64,000 nucleotides of DNA from an uncultured virus (IMG/VR IMGVR_UViG_3300031857_000104) (IMGVR_UViG_3300031857_000104), one strand, 5' to 3'. Positions 9,658-20,393 are shown, counted from the first letter of the stretch. Numbers and translations are program-made. The notes: generated from the letters alone by a model not told the origin.

Positions 9658-10052
9658 AAAAAAGAGTTTATTTAATTGATATTGATGGTACGGTATGTGA
9701 CGATATAAAAAATGAAGATAGTCACTTATTCCCAATTGCAAAACCATATGAAGGTTCAAAAGAAGTATTAAATAAACTTTATGATGAAGGTAATAAAATT
9801 GTATTTTTTACTGCAAGAGAATATAAAGATAAAGGAACCACACTTGCTTGGTTATGGAGACACGGGTTTAAGTTTCACGATTTAATAACAGACAAACCAA
9901 GATGTTCAGAAGACGAAGAATATGTTTGGATTGATAATAAACCAGTAAGAGGCATTACTTATAAAGGAGAGTGGGGACCAATTGTTGAGGTACAAAATCA
10001 TTCTGAAGAAATAAAAACATTATTAAAATTTGAAAATGGAACAAAAATTTAA
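9654..10052 (+). CDS. HAD-superfamily phosphatase
   Basis: LIDIDGT, FTAR, DKP, WIDN. Confidence 0.8.
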   Translation: MKKRVYLIDIDGTVCDDIKNEDSHLFPIAKPYEGSKEVLNKLYDEGNKIVFFTAREYKDKGTTLAWLWRHGFKFHDLITDKPRCSEDEEYVWIDNKPVRGITYKGEWGPIVEVQNHSEEIKTLLKFENGTKI

Positions 10053-10347
10053 AATATTCATGGTTGATGATAGACCATATTTAACGGTTGATGAAAATGT
10101 AAATATCGGAGACAAAGCGATTGTTACAGTTGGTGATTTATACCCAACCTTAGTTGAATGTCAAAACGAAGACCAAATAAAAATAATTCAAGAATCTAAA
10201 CTATCAATGACAAAAAGACATAAAGTCGTTTTAACCCCCGATAAAATGAATTTAGATAAAGAAACATTAAAAACTTTAATAGAAAATGACGGATCTCTTT
10301 TTGTTGAATATGTTGATGGAGAAATTAAAATAATTGAAAACCTATAA
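10036..10347 (+). CDS. hypothetical protein
   Basis: Probable start MEQKF. Confidence 0.65.
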   Translation: MEQKFKIFMVDDRPYLTVDENVNIGDKAIVTVGDLYPTLVECQNEDQIKIIQESKLSMTKRHKVVLTPDKMNLDKETLKTLIENDGSLFVEYVDGEIKIIENL

Positions 10348-10362
10348 AACATATTTATATGT

Positions 10363-10725
10363 ATGTCAATAAAAAATGCGGTTAAAGATTACGTTAAAGA
10401 GTTTTATGAAATATCGTATGATCCAAAACAAAAACAAATAATACTTCACGATGAGTTTGATTTCAAAAACTTTGTAACTAAAAACGTAATAGATGTTGGT
10501 AGGGTAGGTAAAGTTAAAATTACTTTGATATGGAGTAAAATAGAAGAAGTAACAGGAATACAATACCACCACAAAGAGTTTCAAACAGAATTATCAAATT
10601 TATTTTTTACCATCATCACTGAAAAAAAATCAAAAGATTTATTTAAATTATTAGTTGAAGAAAATATACCGGTTAATTTAAGAATTAATGAGGTTTTAGA
10701 TGAATTTCCAATTCTAAAAGATTAG
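10363..10725 (+). CDS. hypothetical protein
   Basis: 120 aa; first gene in the window with TATTTAT just upstream. Confidence 0.65.
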   Translation: MSIKNAVKDYVKEFYEISYDPKQKQIILHDEFDFKNFVTKNVIDVGRVGKVKITLIWSKIEEVTGIQYHHKEFQTELSNLFFTIITEKKSKDLFKLLVEENIPVNLRINEVLDEFPILKD

Positions 10726-10739
10726 AGTATTTATTAAAT

Positions 10740-11102
10740 ATGAAAAGGATAATACTATCAGAAGAAGAAACAAACGACATCAAATCACAACACGATGATA
10801 TTGATAGAAAACTTATGAACTTTTTATTAAGAAGACATAAAATTGAAGAAAGAAAACTTGATGGTGGTTGGAAAGATGTTGAACCATTAATTGTTACTGA
10901 ATATACTTTTGAAGGGTTACCTGGTTACGGGTTTAATTCTTGGGCATCAAAAAAAGACATGGAAAAAAAAATAATTGATATGTTATATGAAAATGACGTA
11001 TTAGATAATTGGCCATATGACTTAGACCAACAAGACCCAATAAGAGTTAAAACAATTAAAACAATAAGAAAATTTTTAGATTTTATATTAGTAAAAAAAT
11101 GA
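10740..11102 (+). CDS. leader-tagged hypothetical protein
   Basis: MKRIILSEEETNDIKSQH leader; TATTTAT upstream. Confidence 0.7.
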   Translation: MKRIILSEEETNDIKSQHDDIDRKLMNFLLRRHKIEERKLDGGWKDVEPLIVTEYTFEGLPGYGFNSWASKKDMEKKIIDMLYENDVLDNWPYDLDQQDPIRVKTIKTIRKFLDFILVKK

Positions 11103-11509
11103 TAAATAAAGATAAAAAACTAATAAATACATTAAAAAAATTCTACGAGGATAAAGAATTTTCAACAACTTTTCAAGATGAAGTTTATTCAAATTGGAAT
11201 GGTAATGATTATACGACACACATAGAAAATTGGGAATTTGTTTATTATTTAAAATTAAACCAATTATTAGGTGAGGTATCAAATGCGATAGCTAGTTTTG
11301 ATGTTATTATAACTGATATAATAATTGATGATAATCATAATAGATTAGATGTTTGGGCTGATAGAAATTATGATCAATACGCTTGGTTTATTGAAAACGT
11401 GAGAGAAGATTTATATGACACTATTGGACATGCATTCCCAATTTCATTATATTTTGAATTTTATACTGAAGAAGAATATCAAAATATAGACAATCAAGAA
11501 GAAATTTAA
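11099..11509 (+). CDS. acidic hypothetical protein
   Basis: 136 aa ORF. Confidence 0.65.
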   Translation: MINKDKKLINTLKKFYEDKEFSTTFQDEVYSNWNGNDYTTHIENWEFVYYLKLNQLLGEVSNAIASFDVIITDIIIDDNHNRLDVWADRNYDQYAWFIENVREDLYDTIGHAFPISLYFEFYTEEEYQNIDNQEEI

Positions 11510-11530
11510 TATTTTTAAATCAAAAAATTT

Positions 11531-11884
11531 ATGGCACACCCAATAATTCACGCAAAAAGTTCTGCCAAAAAGTTTGGTGGAAAGTGGGAAGATTATATTC
11601 ATTTACATAACTGGCTTGACGAAACTAAAGGATGGTATGGTCATTCGTTACATAGGGCATTCAGACATCATTCAGAAGGGATATTTGAAATGGAACAAAG
11701 ATTTGGTGCCGAGTTTAAAAATAGTGACGATAAAACAGTTTATACAAGATATGTTGGAGAACAACACGTAAGAGAAGATTGTGACGGACAAATACCATCT
11801 GCTTCTGATTGGTTAAAGATTTTAATGTCAGGAGAAAGACCCACATGGGTTACAAGAACTCAAAGATTACAGTTTGAAGATTGA
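11531..11884 (+). CDS. DUF6915-like His-rich protein
   Basis: MAHPIIHAKSSAKKFGG, HRAFRHHSEGIF, GEQHVREDC. Confidence 0.7.
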   Translation: MAHPIIHAKSSAKKFGGKWEDYIHLHNWLDETKGWYGHSLHRAFRHHSEGIFEMEQRFGAEFKNSDDKTVYTRYVGEQHVREDCDGQIPSASDWLKILMSGERPTWVTRTQRLQFED

Positions 11885-11900
11885 TATATTTATATAAATA

Positions 11901-12617
11901 ATGAGAATAGTTTTACCAGAAAATTTAAGAAAAGAATTTAAAAGATTCTGTATGTATCTATCAGCCATTTCAGGAATGAATAGAATTGGGTTAATGTATA
12001 TACAATATGATTTTGATTATATGGGTATTGAATGGAGTGATAAAACAAATTATTTTTATGTAAATGGGGAAAGAATTGAAACACCACCAGGTCTTGATAA
12101 GTACCTTTCAGACTTACTTGAAAATACAATAAGTGAAGAAACAATTTATGATAATTTACCACCAAATATTTATGACGATTTTCATGAACGAGGAACTATA
12201 GATGTTTCATTATATCCAGAAGAATTTAGAATGGAAATAGGTATTGATTATGACTACACAAAAGGACAAACTATGACCGGTGGGTATGATATTGATAGAG
12301 TAATTGGAAGAATTGACCCAGAATCAATTCAAGAGTATATTGATAACGGAGACATTTTTACAGTTTATTTTAGTGGTAGTGGTGATGAAGGTGAAGTAGA
12401 AGAAAATGGTTTAGTAAATAATGAATACGACCCAATACCTGATCCTGTACAAGGTTTAGTATATAACACATTAGATCGGTATTATGGTGGTTGGATAGAT
12501 GAAAGAGGTAGTAAAGGTGAAATGGAAGTAGATTTTTCAAATATGACAATAGATGTTGAATACACTGAATATGACACTGCTTATGAATATATAAAATACG
12601 GAGAAATAAAGATGTAA
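11901..12617 (+). CDS. DUF6878-like acidic protein
   Basis: YFSGSGDEG...YGGW...GSKG. Confidence 0.55.
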   Translation: MRIVLPENLRKEFKRFCMYLSAISGMNRIGLMYIQYDFDYMGIEWSDKTNYFYVNGERIETPPGLDKYLSDLLENTISEETIYDNLPPNIYDDFHERGTIDVSLYPEEFRMEIGIDYDYTKGQTMTGGYDIDRVIGRIDPESIQEYIDNGDIFTVYFSGSGDEGEVEENGLVNNEYDPIPDPVQGLVYNTLDRYYGGWIDERGSKGEMEVDFSNMTIDVEYTEYDTAYEYIKYGEIKM

Positions 12618-12619
12618 AT

Positions 12620-13375
12620 ATGGCAACACTAAGATTAACTGATGAACAAAAAAATATATTAAAAAGATATAATGCTCTTTTAATGGCAGTTGCTGATGAA
12701 GGGATATTTTGGACGGCATACGCTGGTGAGGATTATATTGATTCTTTTGAAGGACCATACCCTGAAGGAAGTAATTACTATAATAGGGCAAAAGAAATTG
12801 ACAGTGAAGGAATGGGTCTATTAACCACAATAATAGAAGATTATACAGATAGAATAAGAGACCAAATAATGGATTTAAATTATTGTGATGATTGCACTGG
12901 TAGTGGAAGTTTTAGACCATTATACGACCCACAAACAATGACATTTAAATTAATTGCTTATTATGGTGTAAGACAAAGTGAGGAACATGTAACTGAAAAA
13001 TCATTTGATGAAGTATCGCAAGACACACCGACATGGAATTTTGGAGATCAAAGTAAAAGACCTTATAAAAAATTAAATAACGATGAATTTGTTCAAAGTA
13101 TGATTGACCATAATGAAGGAAGAACAAATTTTGAATTTACATATAATGGTTATGGTGATAGTGGTGAAATAAATGAAAACGAAATAGGATGGGGAAATCC
13201 TGTTTATGAACTTGCCTATGACGTAATTGATTTATACCATTCAGGTTGGGAAAATAATGATGGTTCTGATGGTCAAATAATTATTGATTTAGAAAATAAA
13301 AAAATACAACTATATCATACATCCTATTATAGTGAAGATGAAGAAGAAGATTTAGGTGAATTAAAATTAATATAA
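12620..13375 (+). CDS. DUF6878-like acidic protein
   Basis: YNGYGDSG...HSGWENNDGSDGQIIID. Confidence 0.6.
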   Translation: MATLRLTDEQKNILKRYNALLMAVADEGIFWTAYAGEDYIDSFEGPYPEGSNYYNRAKEIDSEGMGLLTTIIEDYTDRIRDQIMDLNYCDDCTGSGSFRPLYDPQTMTFKLIAYYGVRQSEEHVTEKSFDEVSQDTPTWNFGDQSKRPYKKLNNDEFVQSMIDHNEGRTNFEFTYNGYGDSGEINENEIGWGNPVYELAYDVIDLYHSGWENNDGSDGQIIIDLENKKIQLYHTSYYSEDEEEDLGELKLI

Positions 13376-14235
13376 TGGATAGATTAGACGAACAAGTTGG
13401 TAGAATAAGACAAATGATGGGTCTTACTTTAAATGAAAGTAAGAAAAGGTTCGGATGTGAAAGATTTAGTGATAATGAAAAAAAACAAGAACTTTGTCAT
13501 AACATTTCTGATTTAAAACATTGGTTACATAAAGACGATGGTTTAGGAATGAAAGTTATTATAAATAATAAGTTAAAAGAATTAAAAAAACCAATACCTG
13601 AAGAATTAAAAAACCAATATTTAAATGGTGTTGATATATTAAAAAATATAGGTAAGATCACAAATGGACAAAAAAATTGGTTTATTGAGAAAGTTTTAGA
13701 AGATAACAATTTAGTTTATATTGATGGTAAATGGAGTCCGGTTAATAAACTAAATACAAACTATATTGATTTGGCTGAATTATTAACTGACCTATTATAT
13801 ATGGGAGGAGAAAGGGCTGAATCATTTATTAATAAAATTAATGAAAACCCTAAAGAAGGGTTAATGTCTTTAAGATCAAACTTACCGGCATTAATTAACA
13901 AATATTTTGAAAACCCTGAAAAACTAATTGATTATACTGAAAATATTAAAATATCATCTGATTTTGGTGAGAAGGCAGAACAAGAAGTTAAAGACAAATT
14001 AATTGAAAACGGTTTTACTGTTGATTATGAAGGAGGTAATGGTGATTTAATAGATATGGTTTATGGAACCGATTTAATAATGACACATCCTGATTACGGG
14101 ACAAAAACAATTCAAGTAAAAATGAATAAAAATGCTTGGAATGAAAAAGATGAATATAAATATGTTGATTGGGTAGTTGTTTCAAAACCATTTACTATTT
14201 ATGATAATAAAACTAAAGAGGTTATTAATTTGTAA
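13375..14235 (+). CDS. leader-tagged protein with C-terminal PD-(D/E)xK-like nuclease motif
   Basis: Leader MDRLDEQVGRIRQMMGLTLNE; GEKAE...DMVYGTDL...TIQVK. Confidence 0.55.
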   Translation: MDRLDEQVGRIRQMMGLTLNESKKRFGCERFSDNEKKQELCHNISDLKHWLHKDDGLGMKVIINNKLKELKKPIPEELKNQYLNGVDILKNIGKITNGQKNWFIEKVLEDNNLVYIDGKWSPVNKLNTNYIDLAELLTDLLYMGGERAESFINKINENPKEGLMSLRSNLPALINKYFENPEKLIDYTENIKISSDFGEKAEQEVKDKLIENGFTVDYEGGNGDLIDMVYGTDLIMTHPDYGTKTIQVKMNKNAWNEKDEYKYVDWVVVSKPFTIYDNKTKEVINL

Positions 14236-15266
14236 TGAGTAGAGATTCTGCACAACATTTATTAGATGAATTTAACGATGGAAATTGGGATGAGGTAGGG
14301 GCATACTTCAACGAAGACTTTGCTCTATTCATGGAGTATTTAGGTAAATACGGTTTAGATGTTGAAATTGATTTTAATAATATTGATGACGAGTTTAAAA
14401 ATAAATTACTATTAATTAAACTAAAAAAAAATCCACAGGAAACACTAAAATATATTTGTGATAATTTAATAACAGACGTTTATCCAATGAAAGATGGGTA
14501 TTATCTACATTTAAACGATAGGACAGAATTAGCCGATTTATTTAAAACATACAGCAGAGACACCTCACCATATGATGTTGCAAAGATGGTTTTAGGTGAA
14601 GATAGTTGGGAACCATATTGGGACACAACAAATGATGTTTATCGTGATGTTATTGATGATTTAAATGGTGAAAATTTAAAACATTTAGGAAACTATATTT
14701 TAAAACATATTGGAAATCAAGACATGTTTTTGCGTGATTATGACGATCAGTTTTTTCACCAATTATCAGAAGAACAAAATACTGAAGGATCTTTTAAAAT
14801 AACAAGTGAAAATATTATGGACCTTATAAAAGATGAATCGGCAATGAATGAACTTTTAAATGGTGATTTAGAAGAATTAAAAAGTGAACTTTATTCATTA
14901 CATAATAATGCTTATAACAGTGCATATGAAGAAGAAATATATACTGATGTTTGGAATGAATTAGAAACTTATTTTGTTCCGCAATCTTGGGAATACGAAA
15001 CAAAAGAAAGATATGATGGAAAAAAAATAAGTCATGAATATCTTAAAATAAAAGATTTCTATGGCGATATATATGATTTTTTATCTAATAACGAATGGCC
15101 TTCTTGGAATAACGAATATTTAGGATATTATGATAATTATTGTGGGTTTATTAATGATATGATGAATAACGGAGAAAAAGAATGGTTATCATTTAGAATA
15201 CCTGATTATCCAGATTGGGACCTGACAAAAAAGTCAATTAATGAAATGCTTACAAGTTATATATGA
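14235..15266 (+). CDS. acidic hypothetical protein
   Basis: 343 aa ORF, TAATG overlap. Confidence 0.75.
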   Translation: MSRDSAQHLLDEFNDGNWDEVGAYFNEDFALFMEYLGKYGLDVEIDFNNIDDEFKNKLLLIKLKKNPQETLKYICDNLITDVYPMKDGYYLHLNDRTELADLFKTYSRDTSPYDVAKMVLGEDSWEPYWDTTNDVYRDVIDDLNGENLKHLGNYILKHIGNQDMFLRDYDDQFFHQLSEEQNTEGSFKITSENIMDLIKDESAMNELLNGDLEELKSELYSLHNNAYNSAYEEEIYTDVWNELETYFVPQSWEYETKERYDGKKISHEYLKIKDFYGDIYDFLSNNEWPSWNNEYLGYYDNYCGFINDMMNNGEKEWLSFRIPDYPDWDLTKKSINEMLTSYI

Positions 15267-16276
15267 AAATATTAATCACACAAGAACAATTTAATTTATT
15301 AAATGAAACCAAAAAAGAAAAGGTTTCTTGTTCAAAGTGCGATCATTCTTGGGATATAGAAAAAAAAGATGAATACCCATATCTATGTCACATGTGTGGC
15401 TATGATTCAAAATCAAAAAAACATAACTACGAAGAATTAGAAAATTTTTGGAAAAACTACAAGAAAGAAGAAGTTAATGAAAAGTGGTCAGAAAAATATA
15501 AAAAAAGTATTAATTGTAATAACCCAAAAGGTTTTAGTCAAAGAGCTCACTGTCAAGGAAGAAAGAAACATTTGAAGGAAAATTTTGAAAATCCTGAAAT
15601 ATTTAAAAGTTCAATTGAAAAGAATTTAAAAGAATATACATCAAACTATGAGTGGTTAGATAGTATTGGTGCTGAATTTACAACAACAAATACATCCGCT
15701 GGTTGGAAAAATGAATACGACACACCACTTTGTATGTATATTGTTAAAATTAATAGTAATATAACACCAAGTTATGAACAACAAAAATCTTTATTTGAAG
15801 ATATATCATTTGTTCATTCTATGTTTTTCCCTACAGAAGATGGAAAACCTACATGTTATTTTTCAACTTTATCAGAATATCCAAGTGGTGATATAAAGTC
15901 ATTTCCGAGTCTTAGAACTATGAGTGAAAATAAAGAGGAATCTAAATTGGTTGAAGGTTACGATATAGAAAAAATAAAAAAAGCGTTAAAAATACTTTCA
16001 CAAATATCAGAATCTATTGGTGAATACGTCCCTTTAGAATTTAAGTTATATGGGTATGAATTAAAACGAGGTGGGGGTTTAAAAATTATGGTTTTATATA
16101 TTGATGTTGATAGTAAAGACGGAGCATATGATACGATGAGTAGAGTATGGCATGATATATCAAACCAACTACTTGATGTTTTTGAGATGTTAGAAATTAG
16201 AGATGAAAGATATATGTACCCACTTTATGATTTTAAATTTAATAAAAGACCACTAAATAATATTGAAACTGTTTGA
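15263..16276 (+). CDS. leader-tagged multi-module protein
   Basis: MKILITQEQFNLLNE leader; CxxC..CxxC module; KWSEKYKKSINCNNPKGFSQRAHC module; modules separated by hydrophobic-x-E. Confidence 0.75.
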   Translation: MKILITQEQFNLLNETKKEKVSCSKCDHSWDIEKKDEYPYLCHMCGYDSKSKKHNYEELENFWKNYKKEEVNEKWSEKYKKSINCNNPKGFSQRAHCQGRKKHLKENFENPEIFKSSIEKNLKEYTSNYEWLDSIGAEFTTTNTSAGWKNEYDTPLCMYIVKINSNITPSYEQQKSLFEDISFVHSMFFPTEDGKPTCYFSTLSEYPSGDIKSFPSLRTMSENKEESKLVEGYDIEKIKKALKILSQISESIGEYVPLEFKLYGYELKRGGGLKIMVLYIDVDSKDGAYDTMSRVWHDISNQLLDVFEMLEIRDERYMYPLYDFKFNKRPLNNIETV

Positions 16277-16303
16277 TTAATTTAAAAAAGTTTTATATAT
16301 TTG
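16272..16303 (+). promoter_or_regulatory. Bacteroidota-type promoter (-33/-7)
   Basis: TTTG-N20-TATATTTG upstream of ATG 16340. Confidence 0.65.
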
Positions 16304-16339
16304 TACTATTAATCATTTAAAATAAACATTAAAAAAATT

Positions 16340-16588
16340 ATGGGAACAAAATCAGGTAACAAAGGAAGGTACATTTGTAAAGTAGGTTTTTATGACATCT
16401 ATGCTAAGGACACTTACAAACCAAAAAAAGAAAGTAAATATAATTTTATTAAACCAGAAGTTAAATCAACGGTTTATAATGTGTTACATGCAAAAAAATT
16501 GGTCAAACAAAATTTTAAAACAAAAGATGAAGCAGTTCAAGAGGCTGTTAATCTTTTAGGTTCAAAGGCCGAGTTATACGGATTATAA
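16340..16588 (+). CDS. basic hypothetical protein (no leader)
   Basis: 82 aa monocistron between host-type promoter and terminator. Confidence 0.7.
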   Translation: MGTKSGNKGRYICKVGFYDIYAKDTYKPKKESKYNFIKPEVKSTVYNVLHAKKLVKQNFKTKDEAVQEAVNLLGSKAELYGL

Positions 16589-16609
16589 CATATAGGTTAA
16601 TATAAAAAG

Positions 16610-16638
16610 AAAGTCAGGGTTTTAGTCCTGACTTTTTT
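16610..16638 (+). terminator. intrinsic terminator
   Basis: AAAGTCAGG...CCTGACTTTTTT. Confidence 0.75.
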
Positions 16639-16660
16639 GTTTTATTTTGTATTTATTATT

Positions 16661-18172
16661 ATGGAGTTTAAAAAACAAGATTTATTGGTGAAAGAAGACA
16701 AAACAGAAGATGGTATTGTAAAAAAAGTATTAGATAAATTAGGAAAGATTAAAGATAGAGCAACTTCTGAAGTTAAAGAAACAAGTGCGTTAGTTAGAGT
16801 GCTAATACATGCTGTTAAATCTTATGCAAAAAATAGAGAGTTTGATTTAAATGATGAAGATAGAAAATTTATAAAAGGACAATCAACTGATGTTGTTAGA
16901 ACACTAATACTTACAATAGTTGCGATTATACCACTACCAATACCACTTACACCATTTTTAATAATATTTGGAAATAAAATAGGTGTTGATCTTGTACCAA
17001 AAGAACATGAAATACCAGAAAAAGGAAAATCAAAAAAACAAAAATTAAAAGAATCTAAATTAAGTATAATTTTAACTGAAGATCAAATAAAAATACTTGA
17101 TGAGATGTCAAAAAGATATAAAAGTGTTTTACATAAATTATGTATAAATCAAAAAGAAAATAAACCATTTTGTAAATTATATCAGTTAGAAAAACAATTA
17201 GATGATGATTCTAAAGTTGATTTAGAAATAGCCATTGAAACATTAAATAGTTATTTCAAATTTAAAAACGTTGGAATGTTTCCTGTTATTGTTGATTTAG
17301 CATTACAAGATGAGGGCAGGACTGTTGCTTATTTAAAATTAATTTCAGACTTTATTCAAGACGAATCACAAGATAAAACACAAACAAAAAGAGTTTTAAA
17401 TAAACAAAGAAACACAAAAGAAATACCTAAAAATTTTGAAGATTTATTAAAACAAGCGAGGTATTTAGAACATCAAAAATACGAAGAAAGATTTGTTGGT
17501 GATTACTTTGATAAAAAAGGAACTTTTTTAAGACTTAATTATAATTGCGGAGACGACGCAAAAGACACTCTATTTACCATATTAACAAAAGTTAAATCAG
17601 AAGAACATACTCTTGATATTGTTTTTGAAAAAATAAAAAATTGTATTCAAAAATCCTTAACTCAAGGAACTTATTATTTAAAGGCGGACTTAGTTACAAA
17701 ACAAGATTTAAAATGTAGTGGTGATACAATATTTCCTTCAGGGACACATTTTGAAGTTAAAAAAATGGATCCATTTATTGATAGTTATTTATCTGAATTT
17801 TTTTCAATATTTAAACAAACTGAAATTATAACATTTAAACCAGATTATATATCATTATATAATGAGTTGATTGATAGAATTTATAATTGGTTATTATCTA
17901 ATCCTGATGCTGAAGAATATTTAAATAAAGTTAAATCACAAATGGGAGGAATTATTTATGAATACGACACGATAGTTCCAACAGAATATATTGATTTATA
18001 TTGGTCAAATAAAGGACAAAGAGGTTGTGATGAAAAAAGACTTTCAATAAGGTTTAGAATTAACCCTGAAGTTAATGAAATTAAAACCTATAAATTTAAA
18101 AATAATGAGGAACTTTTACCTATAATAAAAAAAGTCACTCACAATGAAAAAGATAAAGTTGTTTGTAAATGA
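16661..18172 (+). CDS. fused hypothetical protein with internal leader
   Basis: Probable start ATG 16661 after TATTTAT; hydrophobic IIPLPIPLTP segment; internal LKESKLSIILTEDQIKILDE. Confidence 0.75.
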   Translation: MEFKKQDLLVKEDKTEDGIVKKVLDKLGKIKDRATSEVKETSALVRVLIHAVKSYAKNREFDLNDEDRKFIKGQSTDVVRTLILTIVAIIPLPIPLTPFLIIFGNKIGVDLVPKEHEIPEKGKSKKQKLKESKLSIILTEDQIKILDEMSKRYKSVLHKLCINQKENKPFCKLYQLEKQLDDDSKVDLEIAIETLNSYFKFKNVGMFPVIVDLALQDEGRTVAYLKLISDFIQDESQDKTQTKRVLNKQRNTKEIPKNFEDLLKQARYLEHQKYEERFVGDYFDKKGTFLRLNYNCGDDAKDTLFTILTKVKSEEHTLDIVFEKIKNCIQKSLTQGTYYLKADLVTKQDLKCSGDTIFPSGTHFEVKKMDPFIDSYLSEFFSIFKQTEIITFKPDYISLYNELIDRIYNWLLSNPDAEEYLNKVKSQMGGIIYEYDTIVPTEYIDLYWSNKGQRGCDEKRLSIRFRINPEVNEIKTYKFKNNEELLPIIKKVTHNEKDKVVCK

Positions 18173-19035
18173 AAATAATAATAACAGAAAGTCAATATAA
18201 AATTCTAAAAGAATCTATTTCTGATGATCAGGATTTTATTGAATATATTAAAGACGTTGAAGGAAAAGTAATTGATAAAAAAACTAAACTACATAAAGCA
18301 TATAAAGATTCTGTTGGTGTTGTAACAATTGGATACGGCCATTCTGAAAAACGAGATCCAAATGTTAAGATGGGTATGAAAATACCAGAAACAAAGGCAA
18401 TTAGTTATTTAAAAGATGATTTAAAAACTGATGAGTCAAAAGTTAAAAATTATGTTGCAGAAAAATTTCCAGGTTATACATTAAATGACGAACAAATACA
18501 AATTTTGGTTGATTATAATTACAATGTAGGGTTAAGTAAATTTCCTAAGTTTGTTAAGGCTGTTGTTACTAAAGATTGGGAAACAGCAAAAAAAGAATAT
18601 AAAAGATATGCCGGTGGAAAAGAATTAACTGATCGAAATACAAAATTTTTTAATAAATTTTTAGCAAATAAAGGTAAAAAAACTAATACAACACCAGAAT
18701 TAAAATATGAAACTGATGAACTATGTTTTACTTATTTAGAGTTTGAATTAAACGCTCTTACTCAGAGCACCACACATAAAGTACACCAATTTCCTCCATC
18801 AGATCCTGTAAACTATAGATTAGAAGTAGGACCATATCCACCGCCAAAAAGAGAAGGTAGATATTTAGTTTTTTTTAGAAATGGGAACATTAAATGGTAT
18901 AATGGTAATGAGTTTTCATCTTATGTTGGTAAATGGGGTTATAACACAGAAAACGATGATTGGAAAATAGTTGGTAAAAAAGGTAAAATAAGTTTATCAA
19001 AAGCACTAAATCAACCCTATGATAATTTTGCATAA
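18169..19035 (+). CDS. leader-tagged phage lysozyme (GH24-like)
   Basis: MKIIITESQYKILKE leader; EG...AYKDSVGVVTIGYGH and YNVG motifs. Confidence 0.85.
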   Translation: MKIIITESQYKILKESISDDQDFIEYIKDVEGKVIDKKTKLHKAYKDSVGVVTIGYGHSEKRDPNVKMGMKIPETKAISYLKDDLKTDESKVKNYVAEKFPGYTLNDEQIQILVDYNYNVGLSKFPKFVKAVVTKDWETAKKEYKRYAGGKELTDRNTKFFNKFLANKGKKTNTTPELKYETDELCFTYLEFELNALTQSTTHKVHQFPPSDPVNYRLEVGPYPPPKREGRYLVFFRNGNIKWYNGNEFSSYVGKWGYNTENDDWKIVGKKGKISLSKALNQPYDNFA

Positions 19036-19039
19036 TAAA

Positions 19040-19624
19040 ATGAAAATAATAATAACAGAAGACCAATATAGGTTATTAAAAGAAACTAATATGACCGAAG
19101 ATAATCTATATCGGTTTTTGTACTCATTATGGGATAGACAAAAAAAGATGGGAGAGGAACCCCATCTTGATGATGTAATCTATGATGTTACTGGTATTAC
19201 AAAAGGTAGTGAAGAAGATAACCAAACAATACGACCAATATGGTTTGAATATAATGGTGGTTATAATAATTTATTTGAAAAATTAAAAGAAGAATTATTA
19301 AATAAAGAATTAAGTTTTGAGGGTAATCAAAATTTAAAACTAACATTTATGGTTGATGATATAGAATCATACGATGATGGAAGATGGAAAGGTGAGGTTG
19401 ATATTACTTGTCATTTGTTAGATGGAACTGTTGATGGATATGCTTATGATGAGGAAAGAGACGAGATGGTAATGGTACCAAACATGTATATTGGAGATCA
19501 ATATGCTGAATTGGAGTATGATACACAAGATTTTGATTATTTTTTAAAAGAAGAAATAAGAAATTTTTTGGACACTATAATGGAAAGATATGGAATACTA
19601 TATCATGTTGAAATATATGCGTAA
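19040..19624 (+). CDS. leader-tagged acidic protein
   Basis: MKIIITEDQYRLLKE; start reassigned to ATG 19040. Confidence 0.75.
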   Translation: MKIIITEDQYRLLKETNMTEDNLYRFLYSLWDRQKKMGEEPHLDDVIYDVTGITKGSEEDNQTIRPIWFEYNGGYNNLFEKLKEELLNKELSFEGNQNLKLTFMVDDIESYDDGRWKGEVDITCHLLDGTVDGYAYDEERDEMVMVPNMYIGDQYAELEYDTQDFDYFLKEEIRNFLDTIMERYGILYHVEIYA

Positions 19625-19989
19625 TGAAAATAATAATAACTGAAGATCAATTAAAATTAACGGTATTTCAATATGCTGTTGATAATGCTTGGCAAGATTT
19701 CAAAGACGAATGTCCTGAAAAAAACTTCAGTTGGGATTATTGTGATGATACTGAATTTGTTACAAGAATTGAAGTTAAAACCGCATATAAAACAGAACCA
19801 TACGCCGTTAAAGGGATGGAAGTTGTTGAACTTGGTATTATATTTTATATTGATACAGTTTTTGATTCAATTGATGTTGGTGAATATTTTTGGGAATTAG
19901 AAAAATATCTTGAACCATATTTAGGAAAAGATAATTTCAAAATAAAACTACTTAATGTTATAAACGAAAACCCAAGAGCCAATTGGTAA
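19624..19989 (+). CDS. leader-tagged protein
   Basis: MKIIITEDQ; ends in NW like the next gene. Confidence 0.75.
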   Translation: MKIIITEDQLKLTVFQYAVDNAWQDFKDECPEKNFSWDYCDDTEFVTRIEVKTAYKTEPYAVKGMEVVELGIIFYIDTVFDSIDVGEYFWELEKYLEPYLGKDNFKIKLLNVINENPRANW

Positions 19990-20393
19990 TGAAAATAATA
20001 ATAACAGAAAGTCAGTATAAAATGTTGTTGGAGTCAAATACAGAACCAATGCAAAACCTTATTGATATGGCCTTTGATCAGGTAAAAGAAAATTGTGAAG
20101 GTGGATATTATATTAGATCACATCAAAATCTTATTTGTGAACCTGTAGACATGATTGAAGAAATTAAAGTAGTAGATGTATCAAAAGTAACATCTATGGA
20201 TTATTTTGAAAAAAATAAAATGGATGTCGTACACATAAAAGTTAATTGTTACATTGATTCAATACGTGAATATAATAATTTAGATAATTTTATTTATGAA
20301 CTACAAGAAGAGATGAGAAATATAATTGGTGGTAAATTTTTTACTTTAGAAATAGGTGAGATAATTAATAAAAGAAAAGATTTTAATTGGTAA
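19989..20393 (+). CDS. leader-tagged protein, paralogue of 19624
   Basis: MKIIITESQYKMLLE; similar D.A...K..C...IK/EV...YID...NW pattern. Confidence 0.75.
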   Translation: MKIIITESQYKMLLESNTEPMQNLIDMAFDQVKENCEGGYYIRSHQNLICEPVDMIEEIKVVDVSKVTSMDYFEKNKMDVVHIKVNCYIDSIREYNNLDNFIYELQEEMRNIIGGKFFTLEIGEIINKRKDFNW

